Shown here piece by piece: positions 30,693 through 41,143 of a stretch of DNA of 64,000 bases (the first letter of the stretch is position 1; each line of letters opens with the position of its first letter). The notes under the pieces are model-generated. The model was not told where the DNA came from and ran no database searches. It saw only the letters and a program-made list of their open reading frames with translations. The DNA comes from Nitrospirales bacterium. Lineage in GTDB: Bacteria > Nitrospirota > Nitrospiria > Nitrospirales > UBA8639. Position numbers and translations under genes: made by a program. The DNA is taken from contig CBDCWC010000003.1 in assembly GCA_965223295.1 (NCBI GenBank), forward strand, positions 224,001-288,000, read 5' to 3'.

Positions 30693-32966
30693 ATGTCACA
30701 ACTATTCATACTAAGACTACTTTGCTATTTACTGCCCGTAGCCGCATTTTTAACCCTATGGTTCCCTTTCTTTGCACATTACTATGTATCCGACGTTACG
30801 TTAAGTTACAAAACAGTGAACGAGGCTCGAAAGTTAGCTCCAGATTCAATTCTGAAAGAATTAAAGACAATGTCGCTTTTCCTCGCTGAACAAAAAACCA
30901 GTAAAGACGTGGCTCAGTCTGCCGCCAAATTATTAAAAGGGGAGACGCAAATCGTAGGAAAGCCTCCAATGAAAGTTGGCTCTCCTCTTTTTGAGCCAAG
31001 TGATTTAACAGACGGACCTCTTGCCCAAAAACTTGGAATTGCCGTATTGATGATACCCGACCTACTCATCGATGCATATGAGTTGACTAATCATGACGAA
31101 TTTCTTGTTGCAGCTAGAAATTATATTGTGAAATTTGCGTTATACGAGAAGAGCAATTGGCTCCCGAAAGGATTACTCTGGAATGATCATGCCATTGCTG
31201 AACGTATTTTTGTGCTGACTAAATTTTGGTATCACTACCGAAAGCATACACTTTACAACCAAGAAATTGCTCATCATATATTACAATTAGTCTCTCGTAG
31301 TGGTCAGTTTCTGGCGAAGGATTCTCATTTCACGTTTGAAACAAACCATGGAATTTTGCAAAACTTGGCCCTCTGGCATCTTTCCATTGCCTTTCCCACC
31401 ATTCCTAATACTGAAGGCTATAAGAAAACAGCTCGAAAGAGAATGACTGAACAGATGGCATACTATATTAACGAAAACGGAGTCATCCTTGAACACTCGG
31501 CAGGATATCACAAAGTTGGGCTTCGCCTTATCGGTATGGCGATGAGATATTTGACTTTGTTAAACGAAAACTTGCCTACTGAATGGATCCTAAAATATGA
31601 GAAGGCAAAGAATGTGTACAAACAATTGAGACGTTTTGATGGAACATTGCCCATCTTCGGAGATAGTGCCACCGGCCTTCCAGACGAGCTTGGACCACTC
31701 GTATCCAACATCGACCAACAAAAACGTATGGGCTCGCTACGCCACAAAAAAGTTTGGGGAGCTCCACAACCCTATAACCTTTTTCCAGTCGCAGGATATG
31801 CTGTATGGTGGGATGGATTAAGACACTGGCCAAAAGTGAAAAAGACAAATCAGACTGTATTGATCTGGTCCCATTTTCCTGGTCATGCCCACAAACATGC
31901 AGATGAAATGAGTATCATCATGTGGGCCGGTGGGCAAAGGTGGTGGACAAACATAGGATATTGGCCATTTGGAGATCCAGGGCGCCTTAAGGCCTTATCA
32001 TGGGATGGATCTAATGCACCACATTCTCTGAATGAAACTGCCAGCAGTCGGCGGACCACCAAAATTCTCAATCATGCACGGTCAGACTCTATAACATTTA
32101 TCGACCTTGAACGCACCAATTCAGATGGATATTCGGCCCGTCGGCAAGTAGTATATGTCGTCCCAAGCCTTTGGTTCATTCTTGACAATGTTTCCGGTAA
32201 TACAGGAAGTCGAACAGTTTGGAATACAGCTAGCAACATCCATCTGATTGAAAATAGAGGCTCGGGTGCCGTGAAATCATACACCCTTCACTCAAGGAAA
32301 ACTGATGCAAATCTAGAAACGTTTTTTTGGGGATCAGCAGGGAGTAAAATTACTACTGTTCAAGGGGGCATGGAACCCTTTGCTGGGTGGGAAGTTCTTG
32401 CATTCAGACCAACACCTACTTCTGCCGTTGTTGTCGAGCAACCGCCCAAAGAGGCATGGTCAGCTGCGGCCTGGGCTTGGCATAGCAATGAAACCGAGGG
32501 TTCTATCCAATTTCACACCGCCCCTTCGATGAAGGATTGGAATGGTGCTGAAAAATGGGAAGTCGACCTCCCAATTAAATCTGGAGGGATGACTATCGCA
32601 CGAAAGGGCAAGCAAATAGTTCTTCAAGATTTTCATGACAAAACCAAGATTCACACCTTAAAGCTCAGCCCACCGCCAAACATTCGTGAAAACGTCGCCA
32701 ACATACACAGAAGCTTTTCAAAAACCGCAAGCAAGCACCAAAAATTCAAGGATTTTTATGGCTATCGGCTAAGATTTTCTTGGATATTATGCGCTCTTTT
32801 GATACTACAAGAAGTATTGTTTTTCGCCGTTAAAAAATCCCAAAAGACACAGCGCGCTAACATCCTAGCCCTCATAGCTCTAACTTGGACGGTTACTGTT
32901 GCACTAACCACATTCTTTAATCAGATTTTAGAATTCTCCAAAAATGTAGCTGAAGGGCTAAACTAG
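30693..32966 (+). CDS. Heparinase II/III-family polysaccharide lyase-like protein, membrane anchored
   Basis: WNDHAIAER, TNHGILQNLAL, EHSAGYH, FGDS, HAHKHADEMS. One N-terminal and two C-terminal hydrophobic segments. Confidence 0.8.
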   Translation: MSQLFILRLLCYLLPVAAFLTLWFPFFAHYYVSDVTLSYKTVNEARKLAPDSILKELKTMSLFLAEQKTSKDVAQSAAKLLKGETQIVGKPPMKVGSPLFEPSDLTDGPLAQKLGIAVLMIPDLLIDAYELTNHDEFLVAARNYIVKFALYEKSNWLPKGLLWNDHAIAERIFVLTKFWYHYRKHTLYNQEIAHHILQLVSRSGQFLAKDSHFTFETNHGILQNLALWHLSIAFPTIPNTEGYKKTARKRMTEQMAYYINENGVILEHSAGYHKVGLRLIGMAMRYLTLLNENLPTEWILKYEKAKNVYKQLRRFDGTLPIFGDSATGLPDELGPLVSNIDQQKRMGSLRHKKVWGAPQPYNLFPVAGYAVWWDGLRHWPKVKKTNQTVLIWSHFPGHAHKHADEMSIIMWAGGQRWWTNIGYWPFGDPGRLKALSWDGSNAPHSLNETASSRRTTKILNHARSDSITFIDLERTNSDGYSARRQVVYVVPSLWFILDNVSGNTGSRTVWNTASNIHLIENRGSGAVKSYTLHSRKTDANLETFFWGSAGSKITTVQGGMEPFAGWEVLAFRPTPTSAVVVEQPPKEAWSAAAWAWHSNETEGSIQFHTAPSMKDWNGAEKWEVDLPIKSGGMTIARKGKQIVLQDFHDKTKIHTLKLSPPPNIRENVANIHRSFSKTASKHQKFKDFYGYRLRFSWILCALLILQEVLFFAVKKSQKTQRANILALIALTWTVTVALTTFFNQILEFSKNVAEGLN

Positions 32967-33179
32967 CAATTCTCCTACTATTCATATGGGCCATATTAGG
33001 CATTCAGGCGGTATACCTGCTTATATCTTTCAAGAGATTGCCCTTGTTCTTTGTTGGTTTTATATGAGTATACTAAAGACTATATTTCTCGAAAATCATG
33101 GCGAGTCCAATCACATTCTTGACAATCATGTAGCACGAATTCCTTCAGTCATTCACACTATTGGCCTCATAATCTGAAA

Positions 33180-33195
33180 TGGTAACACGCTTGCA
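33180..33195 (+). promoter_or_regulatory. Putative internal sigma-54 promoter upstream of the GT2 gene
   Basis: TGGTAACACGCTTGCA (GG-N10-GC, TTGC) in a 440-bp intergenic gap. Confidence 0.5.
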
Positions 33196-33408
33196 AAATT
33201 GACAACATACTCATCTATTTAAACTTCGTATCTGGTGGAAAATTCCTGCATATGTCCTTTTCAAATATGATTCGACACACGGAAAGGTTAAGCCTTCTTC
33301 AACTTACCCATTTGTCAACGCTAATAAAAGTAAAAGCACTCGTAAACTTATAGATATGGCCACCTCTCCAAATGATTAAAACAATTCATATACTAAAGAT
33401 TTAGCACC

Positions 33409-34317
33409 ATGCCCAAAAATTCATGTGTCTCTATAGGCATTCCCGTATACAATGGAGAGAGATTTCTTAAAGAAACATTAGACTCTCTTCTCGCCCAAAC
33501 ATTTGAGGATTTGGAAATCATTATTTCAGACAATGCATCTACCGACCAAACAGAATCTATTTGCCGTTTCTATACAGAAAAGGATTCCAGAATTCGATAT
33601 GTGAAAAATCAGAGAAATATGGGGGCAGCATACAACTACAACCATACATTCGAACTCTCTTCTGGAAAATATTTTAAGTGGGCAGCAGCCGATGACCTCT
33701 GTGCTCCGAACTATATAGAGAAATGCGTCGCCTCACTCGAGAGACGCTCAGAAGTTGTTCTGTGTTATTCGAGAGCCACGCTGATCGATGAATACGGACA
33801 ATGCATTCGACAAGCCAATATCGATCCTAATCTCGACTTACCATCAGTGACATCTCGTTTTCATCGCGGAGTATGCAATATTAGCCATTGCAATGCCGTA
33901 CTAGGAGTCATTCGCACAGATATTCTAAAGAAGACGCGATTAATTCAAAATTTTACTCCTTCTGATAAAGTACTACTGCTCGAGCTTCTCCTCTATGGGC
34001 CTTTCATTGAACTCTCTGAATATCTCTTCTTTCGAAGACTACATCCAGCAGCTTCTGGTCATATTAAAACAATCGAAGCTCAGCAGGAATTCTATGACCC
34101 TGAAACCAAAGGCAAAATATTTTTATTTGCTTGGAACTTTCTTTTTCAAAAACTCATGATTGTGAAGGATGCTCCCTTCGGTCCAAGCCAAAAAATGCGA
34201 ATGTTTTTAAGTATCGCAAGAAGAATGCTAACGGATCGAAAACGATTACTGACAGAACCTCTAATTGGGTTGATGCTGCTTTTCGGCATGAAAGCTACAT
34301 CAAAAACAGAGATCTGA
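33409..34317 (+). CDS. Glycosyltransferase family 2
   Basis: VSIGIPVYNGE, ISDNASTD, NMGAAYNYN, WAAADD. Confidence 0.92.
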   Translation: MPKNSCVSIGIPVYNGERFLKETLDSLLAQTFEDLEIIISDNASTDQTESICRFYTEKDSRIRYVKNQRNMGAAYNYNHTFELSSGKYFKWAAADDLCAPNYIEKCVASLERRSEVVLCYSRATLIDEYGQCIRQANIDPNLDLPSVTSRFHRGVCNISHCNAVLGVIRTDILKKTRLIQNFTPSDKVLLLELLLYGPFIELSEYLFFRRLHPAASGHIKTIEAQQEFYDPETKGKIFLFAWNFLFQKLMIVKDAPFGPSQKMRMFLSIARRMLTDRKRLLTEPLIGLMLLFGMKATSKTEI

Positions 34318-34368
34318 AAACTCTGAAACTGAGTGAGCTTCAATTTTCTTAGATGATCTCATAGTCTT

Positions 34369-35397
34369 ATGCGAGTTCTTGCCGTTACAAATATGTACCC
34401 CACGCCCGAAAATCCGACATTAGGAACGTTTGTGCAACAACAGCTTCAAGGGCTTGAAGCCTTTGGACTTGAGGTGGATGTGCTATGCGTGAAACGCGTC
34501 GAGCAAGGGAGAAAAACCTATCGAGAGCTTGGGAAAGCTCTTTCTACAAAAATAGCAGAATTCAACCCTGATATCGTACATGCATTATATGGAGGACTCC
34601 TCGCAGAAACTGTAACGAGAATCGTCAAAGATCGTCCAGTACTTGTTTCATTCTGTGGAACAGATCTCCTTGGAGGTTCGTTTTTTAACTTTTTTAAACG
34701 AATCACTGTCCGCCTAGGAGTATTTGCATCCTATTTAGCTGCCAAAAGAGCAGATGGCATCATAGTAAAGTCCCAAAACCTGAGAGCGGCTCTCCCTAAA
34801 AACATTGACGGACAAAAGGTGTGGATCATCCCCAATGGTGTGGATTTAGATCGTTTTCAACCACAGGATCGCGTAACAGCTTGCTCTCAGCTAGGTTGGG
34901 ACGCTAGTCGCTTCAACGTTTTGTTTGCAGATAAAGCCCACCGTCCACACAAAAGATTTGGACTCGCTAAACTAGCTGGAGAAAAATTAATCGCCAATGG
35001 AGTCCCTTTAAAACTAAAAATTCTTACAGGGGTCCCACATCACGAAGTTTCTACTTGGTTAAATGCAAGCAATGTGCTCTTACTAACTTCTTATCAAGAG
35101 GGGTCGCCAAATATCGTAAAAGAGGCCCTTGCCTGTAACCGTCCTGTCGTCTCTCTTGATGTTGGAGATGTCAAGGAGCGCATTCACGATCTCGAGGGGT
35201 GTTATATCGCTGAACCAACTCCTTCTGATTTAGCTGAAAAACTGATGCATGTATATAATGGGCCCGGCGTTACACCAGGACGTTCAAAGATGATGAACTT
35301 ATCCTTAGATCGAGTTGCGCAACAACTGCTTGACATTTACCAAACCATCCGCGAGGGGAAAGATACATCCGGGTGCACACGACAGGCTACACGTTGA
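34369..35397 (+). CDS. Glycosyltransferase family 4
   Basis: IPNGVDL, EGSPNIVKEALAC..PVV..DVG. Confidence 0.92.
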   Translation: MRVLAVTNMYPTPENPTLGTFVQQQLQGLEAFGLEVDVLCVKRVEQGRKTYRELGKALSTKIAEFNPDIVHALYGGLLAETVTRIVKDRPVLVSFCGTDLLGGSFFNFFKRITVRLGVFASYLAAKRADGIIVKSQNLRAALPKNIDGQKVWIIPNGVDLDRFQPQDRVTACSQLGWDASRFNVLFADKAHRPHKRFGLAKLAGEKLIANGVPLKLKILTGVPHHEVSTWLNASNVLLLTSYQEGSPNIVKEALACNRPVVSLDVGDVKERIHDLEGCYIAEPTPSDLAEKLMHVYNGPGVTPGRSKMMNLSLDRVAQQLLDIYQTIREGKDTSGCTRQATR

Positions 35398-35464
35398 CCT
35401 TCTAGTTTGTTAGCTGTCAGAGATCGTATACATCGGATGACTCATTAGTTTCTCAGGACTGTAT

Positions 35465-36361
35465 ATGTTACCCACTTTTATTGGAATTGGCCCAGGCCGC
35501 ACGGGAACGTCCATGCTCTATGAGCTTTTACTTGAGCATCCTGAAGTATCACTAGCTAATGGAACAAAAGAAACTAGTTTTTTTACTTTCGAGTATCATA
35601 AAGGAATTAATTGGTACCAAAATTTTTTCAGATCTTCGACAAACGCAAAAGCTATTGGTGAAATCTCCACCTCATACTTCTATGATGAAAGAGCTCCTGA
35701 GCGAATTTGTGAAATTCTGCCAAAAGCACGATTATTCACCTGTCTTCGAGATCCTTATGAGAGACTACATTCCGTATATATCTATAGAAAACGATCCAAG
35801 CAAATTCCTCATGACATGCCTTTAGAGAAAGCTCTGTCTATTTACCCAGATCTCATATACGACAATTGTTATTACACTCATTTAAACCGATATTTCTCAC
35901 TCTTCCCAAAAGAGCAAATCTGTGTTTTGCTATATGATGATTTGGTAGCTACACCACAACACTTTGTTCAAAAACTCCTGTCGTTCATTGGTGCCAATCC
36001 AGACTTCACGTCCACTGTCATCAACCAACGAATTAATGCTAGCTCAGTGCCACGATCACAGTTAATAGGCTACCTCGCTGCATTTACAGCAAACTCCTTG
36101 CGGAAAACCGGTTTCTTGAGAGTTTTAGACATCTTAAAGCGATCAAGCTATGTCAGGAAAACTGTCCTAAAACCAACCGACGAAGTCACCCGTGATCCAT
36201 CAGTATGCTTACAATATAGTACCCTGCAAAAACTGAGGGAAGTATGGGAGCCACAGATAAGGGCGATTGAACAGGTGGTTGGTCGTTCACTTCAACACTG
36301 GCTCAATAAGCCGTACGAAAACATTTTAGCTAGCAAGAAATCTACAGCAGATTCTTGTTGA
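35465..36361 (+). CDS. PAPS-dependent sulfotransferase
   Basis: 5'-PSB loop FIGIGPGRTGTSML, HPEV...KETSFF, GEISTSY, 3'-PB motif LRDPYERLHS. Confidence 0.9.
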   Translation: MLPTFIGIGPGRTGTSMLYELLLEHPEVSLANGTKETSFFTFEYHKGINWYQNFFRSSTNAKAIGEISTSYFYDERAPERICEILPKARLFTCLRDPYERLHSVYIYRKRSKQIPHDMPLEKALSIYPDLIYDNCYYTHLNRYFSLFPKEQICVLLYDDLVATPQHFVQKLLSFIGANPDFTSTVINQRINASSVPRSQLIGYLAAFTANSLRKTGFLRVLDILKRSSYVRKTVLKPTDEVTRDPSVCLQYSTLQKLREVWEPQIRAIEQVVGRSLQHWLNKPYENILASKKSTADSC

Positions 36362-36662
36362 TGACGTGAGGGCACGTGAGGCAACCAAATAATGCGAAAA
36401 ATGGCACACCTGCTTTTTTGTATTTCACCAACAAATACCCACACCCACGACAATCCCTTTACTTCGAAGACGTGCAACATATTAACTAAAAACGACCTTG
36501 TCAGGGTCATTGAGATAACACGTTCCACGACAGCAAAGAGAAATCATGAAAGACGATGACCACAAACATCAAACACACTTTCGTATTGCATGATCTCCGA
36601 CTCTAAGCATCACCTTTGACAAACCATCGATTGCATTCACCAACAAAATATGGGTCAAGCAA

Positions 36663-37937
36663 GTGCACAACGAATGTCATACAATAAGGCCTCAGAAGCT
36701 AACGCAACATCGAACGACAAGATTTGAACAGTTTCTACTAATCGTTACCGTCTCGATACTACCGTTACAGGCACATCTTCCTACAATTGGAGGAGCAAGC
36801 ATATTATTTATCCTCTTTGGTATTTTAGGGGTCTTTCTTTTATTGCTTAGACAACAATTTCTGTTTCGAACACTAATTCACCCTGTATTTTTGAGCACAT
36901 ATGCACTGGTAGGCATTGGCTTCTTCATGGAGCTTGTTAATAATAGCACTGGCTTTTTTGAATTGGTACGCATTGGCTTCATGATCATCGGAGGCATTGT
37001 CATCGCATCATTTTGTAGAGACGGGAAAGCCCTACTGTATGGAATGTATGGTTTCCTCATTGCCAGCATTTGGCTATCAATCCTACTTTTCATGTCAACC
37101 TATGGTTCACTAAGTTCTGCAAAAGTAGAAAACTTTGAGGAAGCATCTAAGCTTCGCTCTCGTGTCTTTGCCGAAAGCCCGATTTACCAGAGTCCCAACA
37201 CAATGGCAGCCTTCACTGCCCAGGGTTCAGTGGTCGCTCTTGCCCTAGCGCTTACAGCAAGAGGGTATTACCGCCGATATGTGTTTCTGGGCACAACTAT
37301 TTTTTGTTCCATCGCCACTTTGTTACCAATGTCCAGAGGTGGCGTAGGAATCCTTCTCATCTCGTGTGCTGCTATTCTACACACCTATGGATTTAGGCAC
37401 TTAAGAGTGCTGTTAACTATTGTGGTCTTGGCCATCGGGATGCTGCTCTGGGTACCGGACGTCATATATAAACGCATGACGTTCTCGATGGATAACCCGC
37501 GTGGCGAAAAAGTTGAAGGACGATCTCGCGTATATTCCGCAGCCATTGACCATTTGCCGGAATATCTATTGACTGGTGTGGGAATAAGTAATTTTTATGG
37601 AAAATGGGGTAAACAGAGCGGCTTCGCTAACAGCCGGGGCATGGTTGCAGGAAGTCACAATTGCTTTACGCAGGTGACTCTCTACTGGGGACTCCCGGGA
37701 CTTTTAGGATTACTAACCATCATGTGGCAAGCGTACACTTGCGTGCCAAAAACCAATAAAAGCGATCCCTTAGTCTTGTGTTTGATTGGGATTTCCGTAT
37801 CCGTATTGGTTCTCTCACTCGTGATGCACCACCTCTTTGCAAAAGAATTTTCACTAGTACTAGGGATGTTAGTCGGAACAAATCTTTGGATCTCACGCCG
37901 TCGGACCAACAATCCCCAACTAGACAAAGTTTCGTAG
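36663..37937 (+). CDS. O-antigen ligase/Wzy polymerase family membrane protein
   Basis: About 10-11 TM; SPN, MSRGG, GRSRVY, GVG, SHNCF motifs. Confidence 0.82.
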   Translation: MHNECHTIRPQKLTQHRTTRFEQFLLIVTVSILPLQAHLPTIGGASILFILFGILGVFLLLLRQQFLFRTLIHPVFLSTYALVGIGFFMELVNNSTGFFELVRIGFMIIGGIVIASFCRDGKALLYGMYGFLIASIWLSILLFMSTYGSLSSAKVENFEEASKLRSRVFAESPIYQSPNTMAAFTAQGSVVALALALTARGYYRRYVFLGTTIFCSIATLLPMSRGGVGILLISCAAILHTYGFRHLRVLLTIVVLAIGMLLWVPDVIYKRMTFSMDNPRGEKVEGRSRVYSAAIDHLPEYLLTGVGISNFYGKWGKQSGFANSRGMVAGSHNCFTQVTLYWGLPGLLGLLTIMWQAYTCVPKTNKSDPLVLCLIGISVSVLVLSLVMHHLFAKEFSLVLGMLVGTNLWISRRRTNNPQLDKVS

Positions 37938-38078
37938 AATAATCAGCTACAATTTACAGGCCTTTATCATAGTTCAATAGATCTGTTCTCAGTAAGGAAT
38001 GGAGATTCTCAAACATTACTTACCTACACACTTGAGGACTCTTTTACAAGTTCCTTTGTTCTTCATGAAAAAAACAAT

Positions 38079-39170
38079 ATGAAATGCTGTCTACTCTACC
38101 TTATTGGTCAACTGCGTCCAGGAGGACAAGAGCAACAACTCTGTCATTTGTTACATGCATTAGATCGTAAGCGTTATAGACCAGTTGTCGCTGTTTGGAA
38201 CTATTCCGAACACGATATCAATCTGGCAAAAATTCGCTCACTCGATGTTCCCGTATATCCCCTCTCAAGCTCACCATCGCCCACCACGAAGTTTTTGCAA
38301 TTTCGCAAGCTTGTGAAAAAATTGCAACCAGAAGTTGTGCATTCTTATAGCTTTTGGACAAATAGTATTGCGTATATGGGAGCAAAAGGGTTAAGAGCTC
38401 TTTCCATAGGTTCCGTGCGAAGTGACTTAGTTCGACTAAAAAAGAAAACCGGTCCTTTGATAGGACACTTGAACGCACGCTGGCCAAGACAGCAAATCTA
38501 CAATAGTTTTTCCGCTGCGCGGACTGCTTCATCTATAAACAGTTTCTTTGTTCCACGTTGTATATATGTCGTTCCGAATGGCCTTGATCTTGACCATTAT
38601 CAACCGACTCCTATTCAAGACACTCCGCAAGGCGTAGCGCTTGGAGTCGGCTCACTGATTTCAGTGAAGCGATGGGACCGGTTACTCAAAGCCACCTTCG
38701 AGTTAAAACGAAAAGGGCATAACTGCTTTGTACAGATAGCTGGAGATGGTCCATTGCGCCAATCCTTAGATCAGGAAGCTCACAATCTTGATCTTGATGG
38801 TAATATCGAATTTCTTGGACATCGAGATGACATTCCTGGATTACTTGCTAGCTCCTTATTCCTTGTTCACACTTCTGACGTCGAGGGTCGCTCGAATGTG
38901 GTTATGGAAGCCATGGCATGCGGGCGGGCCGTTATTGCCACCGATTCCGGAGATATCTCTAAAATGATCGAAGACGGGAAGACCGGATACATTGTCCAAC
39001 GTCAGGACGATGAAGCATTGGTCAAGTGCATGGAAGAGCTTTTTTACAATAGGAATCTATGCCGTATCATGGGTGAAGCTGGACGCGCTAAAGCTGAGAA
39101 AGAGTTTCCGTTGAGTCGCCTTGCACAAGAAACACTAAAAGCGTATAGATCCGCAGGTTGGAAGAATTGA
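38079..39170 (+). CDS. Glycosyltransferase family 4
   Basis: GGQEQQ, VPNGLD, EGRSNVVMEAMACG. Confidence 0.92.
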   Translation: MKCCLLYLIGQLRPGGQEQQLCHLLHALDRKRYRPVVAVWNYSEHDINLAKIRSLDVPVYPLSSSPSPTTKFLQFRKLVKKLQPEVVHSYSFWTNSIAYMGAKGLRALSIGSVRSDLVRLKKKTGPLIGHLNARWPRQQIYNSFSAARTASSINSFFVPRCIYVVPNGLDLDHYQPTPIQDTPQGVALGVGSLISVKRWDRLLKATFELKRKGHNCFVQIAGDGPLRQSLDQEAHNLDLDGNIEFLGHRDDIPGLLASSLFLVHTSDVEGRSNVVMEAMACGRAVIATDSGDISKMIEDGKTGYIVQRQDDEALVKCMEELFYNRNLCRIMGEAGRAKAEKEFPLSRLAQETLKAYRSAGWKN

Positions 39171-39171
39171 T

Positions 39172-41091
39172 ATGTGTGGAATTGCTGGGTGGTTAGGAGT
39201 CCTACCCAATAGTGACAACATAGGACAACGGCTGGCTACTGCGCTAAAACATCGAGGACCAGATTTATTTGGTGTACGTTCTTGGGCTGAGGCCACGCTT
39301 GTTCATACTCGTCTAAGTATCATTGATCTTTCTCCATCTGGGTCTCAACCAATGTCTGACAAGACTCACACTGTCTGGACTGTTTTTAACGGCGAAATCT
39401 ATAACCATCGCCAATTACGAACAGAGTTAGAAAATCAAGGACACAGTTTTCGAGGCCATTCTGACACGGAAATTCTGCCATATCTATACAAAACTGAGGG
39501 ACAAAGCTTCCTTTCCAAATTACGTGGTATGTTTGCTTTCGCAATCTTCGACACTCGAACGAACACCCTTCTATTAGCCCGGGACCGATTTGGGATTAAA
39601 CCTCTTTTTTATTCTCTGGGGAAGAACTACCTTGCGTTTGGAAGTGAAATCAATGCACTGGCTGAAATCCCCGACATTGACTTCCAGATCAATCGCCAAT
39701 CACTCTATGATCTCGCAGGCCTTTCCTTTATTCCCGCCCCAGAAACAGTTTACACCAACATACAAGCGCTTCAGCCTGGTGAACTTATTGTCGCTCAGTT
39801 TGTAAACAATAGTATTGAATGGAAACGGTTCGTATTTCATCGTTGGTCCATGCAACTAGATTATAGCCTGACTCTTGACAAAGCCATCGACATTACTGAG
39901 TCCCTTCTCTCGACTGGTGTCCAACGCCAACTAGAAAGTGATGTTCCTCTTGGCACTCTCCTCAGCGGTGGAATTGATTCTTCTTTAATCAGCGTAGAAG
40001 CTCAAGCCATGACGAATAGTCCGTTACGCACCTTTAATGCACGTTTTTCAGAAGAAACATATGACGAAACATGGGCTGCGGTAGCAGTGGCTAATCACGT
40101 AGGAAGCAATCATCACACATTGCACTTGGATCACTTTACTGGAACCTGGGAAGAAATTACGAACCTCCTTTTGCATGCCGGCCAGCCCTTTGCTGACACT
40201 TCGATTTTTGGGGTACATAAGATATGTCGTGCTATGCGTGAATATGTGACAGTCGCCTTATCGGGAGACGGTGGCGATGAAGGATTTGGAGGATACAATC
40301 TTTACTGGCGACTTGCTCAACTCGTTCACCTGCAAAAAATACCTGCACAGTTTTGGAAGATTGTTACCGCTCTCATACCTCAAACTGAGTTTTGTGGCAT
40401 TAAGCCTGAAGCATATACTCGTCGGCTTCAATCACTCATTAGACCTGACAATACCACTACCGTTCAAAGTTTGTTTTCTTGGATGTCAGAGGACAATCTT
40501 AAGCATCTTTGCTGGGATCAAGATTACCTCCCCATTCGAAGATTCTTTGAGCCACAATGGATCAATGACACTGAGGGAAGTCATTCTCGCCTTGAACGTT
40601 TATCTGGGCACCTGACTGAAATTAACACGCGACTTATCCTCGCCAACGACTTTCTTTTCAAGGTGGACACGGCAAGTATGAAAGAAAGCCTGGAAATCCG
40701 TGTCCCAATGCTAGACGAAGACCTATTCACTTTTGGGCTTTCTCTTCCTCACAAACTCAAGGTAGAAGGCAAAACCTGCAAACGCGTCCTACGAGGTCTT
40801 GCTCAACAGAAACTACCCCCTGCCGTCGCTAATAAAGCCAAACGCGGCTTTGCTGTTCCAGTGGATAAGTGGGTTAACGAAAATTTTAAAAGTTTCCTGA
40901 GCGATACCCTGTTAAATTCGTCCTCTAGGTTATCGACATATTATCGCCCCGAAATCTACCAACCAATCGTTAGAGCCTTCTGCAAAGGAGAATCGTATAA
41001 AGGTCTATCAAGAAAATCTCTATACCGTTGGGTCATACTCTTTTTATCGGTTCACCTAGTAGCCAGTAAACGCCCACCTACTATGAGTTAA
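39172..41091 (+). CDS. asnB: Asparagine synthase-like glutamine amidotransferase, likely sugar amidation
   Basis: MCGIAG, HRGPD, RLSIIDL, NGEIYN, RDRFGIKPL, LSGGIDS, SGDGGDE. Confidence 0.93.
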   Translation: MCGIAGWLGVLPNSDNIGQRLATALKHRGPDLFGVRSWAEATLVHTRLSIIDLSPSGSQPMSDKTHTVWTVFNGEIYNHRQLRTELENQGHSFRGHSDTEILPYLYKTEGQSFLSKLRGMFAFAIFDTRTNTLLLARDRFGIKPLFYSLGKNYLAFGSEINALAEIPDIDFQINRQSLYDLAGLSFIPAPETVYTNIQALQPGELIVAQFVNNSIEWKRFVFHRWSMQLDYSLTLDKAIDITESLLSTGVQRQLESDVPLGTLLSGGIDSSLISVEAQAMTNSPLRTFNARFSEETYDETWAAVAVANHVGSNHHTLHLDHFTGTWEEITNLLLHAGQPFADTSIFGVHKICRAMREYVTVALSGDGGDEGFGGYNLYWRLAQLVHLQKIPAQFWKIVTALIPQTEFCGIKPEAYTRRLQSLIRPDNTTTVQSLFSWMSEDNLKHLCWDQDYLPIRRFFEPQWINDTEGSHSRLERLSGHLTEINTRLILANDFLFKVDTASMKESLEIRVPMLDEDLFTFGLSLPHKLKVEGKTCKRVLRGLAQQKLPPAVANKAKRGFAVPVDKWVNENFKSFLSDTLLNSSSRLSTYYRPEIYQPIVRAFCKGESYKGLSRKSLYRWVILFLSVHLVASKRPPTMS

Positions 41092-41143
41092 GAGAAGTGG
41101 TCCCCGATTTTTGGACAGCCGGATAAGTGAAGATTCTACCTGC

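Noticed and set aside
32986-33177. 63-aa ORF in the gap before GT2, and similar ORFs at 59809-60238
   Set aside because: No RBS or motif, AT-rich, and better explained as promoter regions.
36402-36417. TGGCACACCTGC as a sigma-54 promoter
   Set aside because: GG-to-GC spacing is 7 nt, not the required 10.
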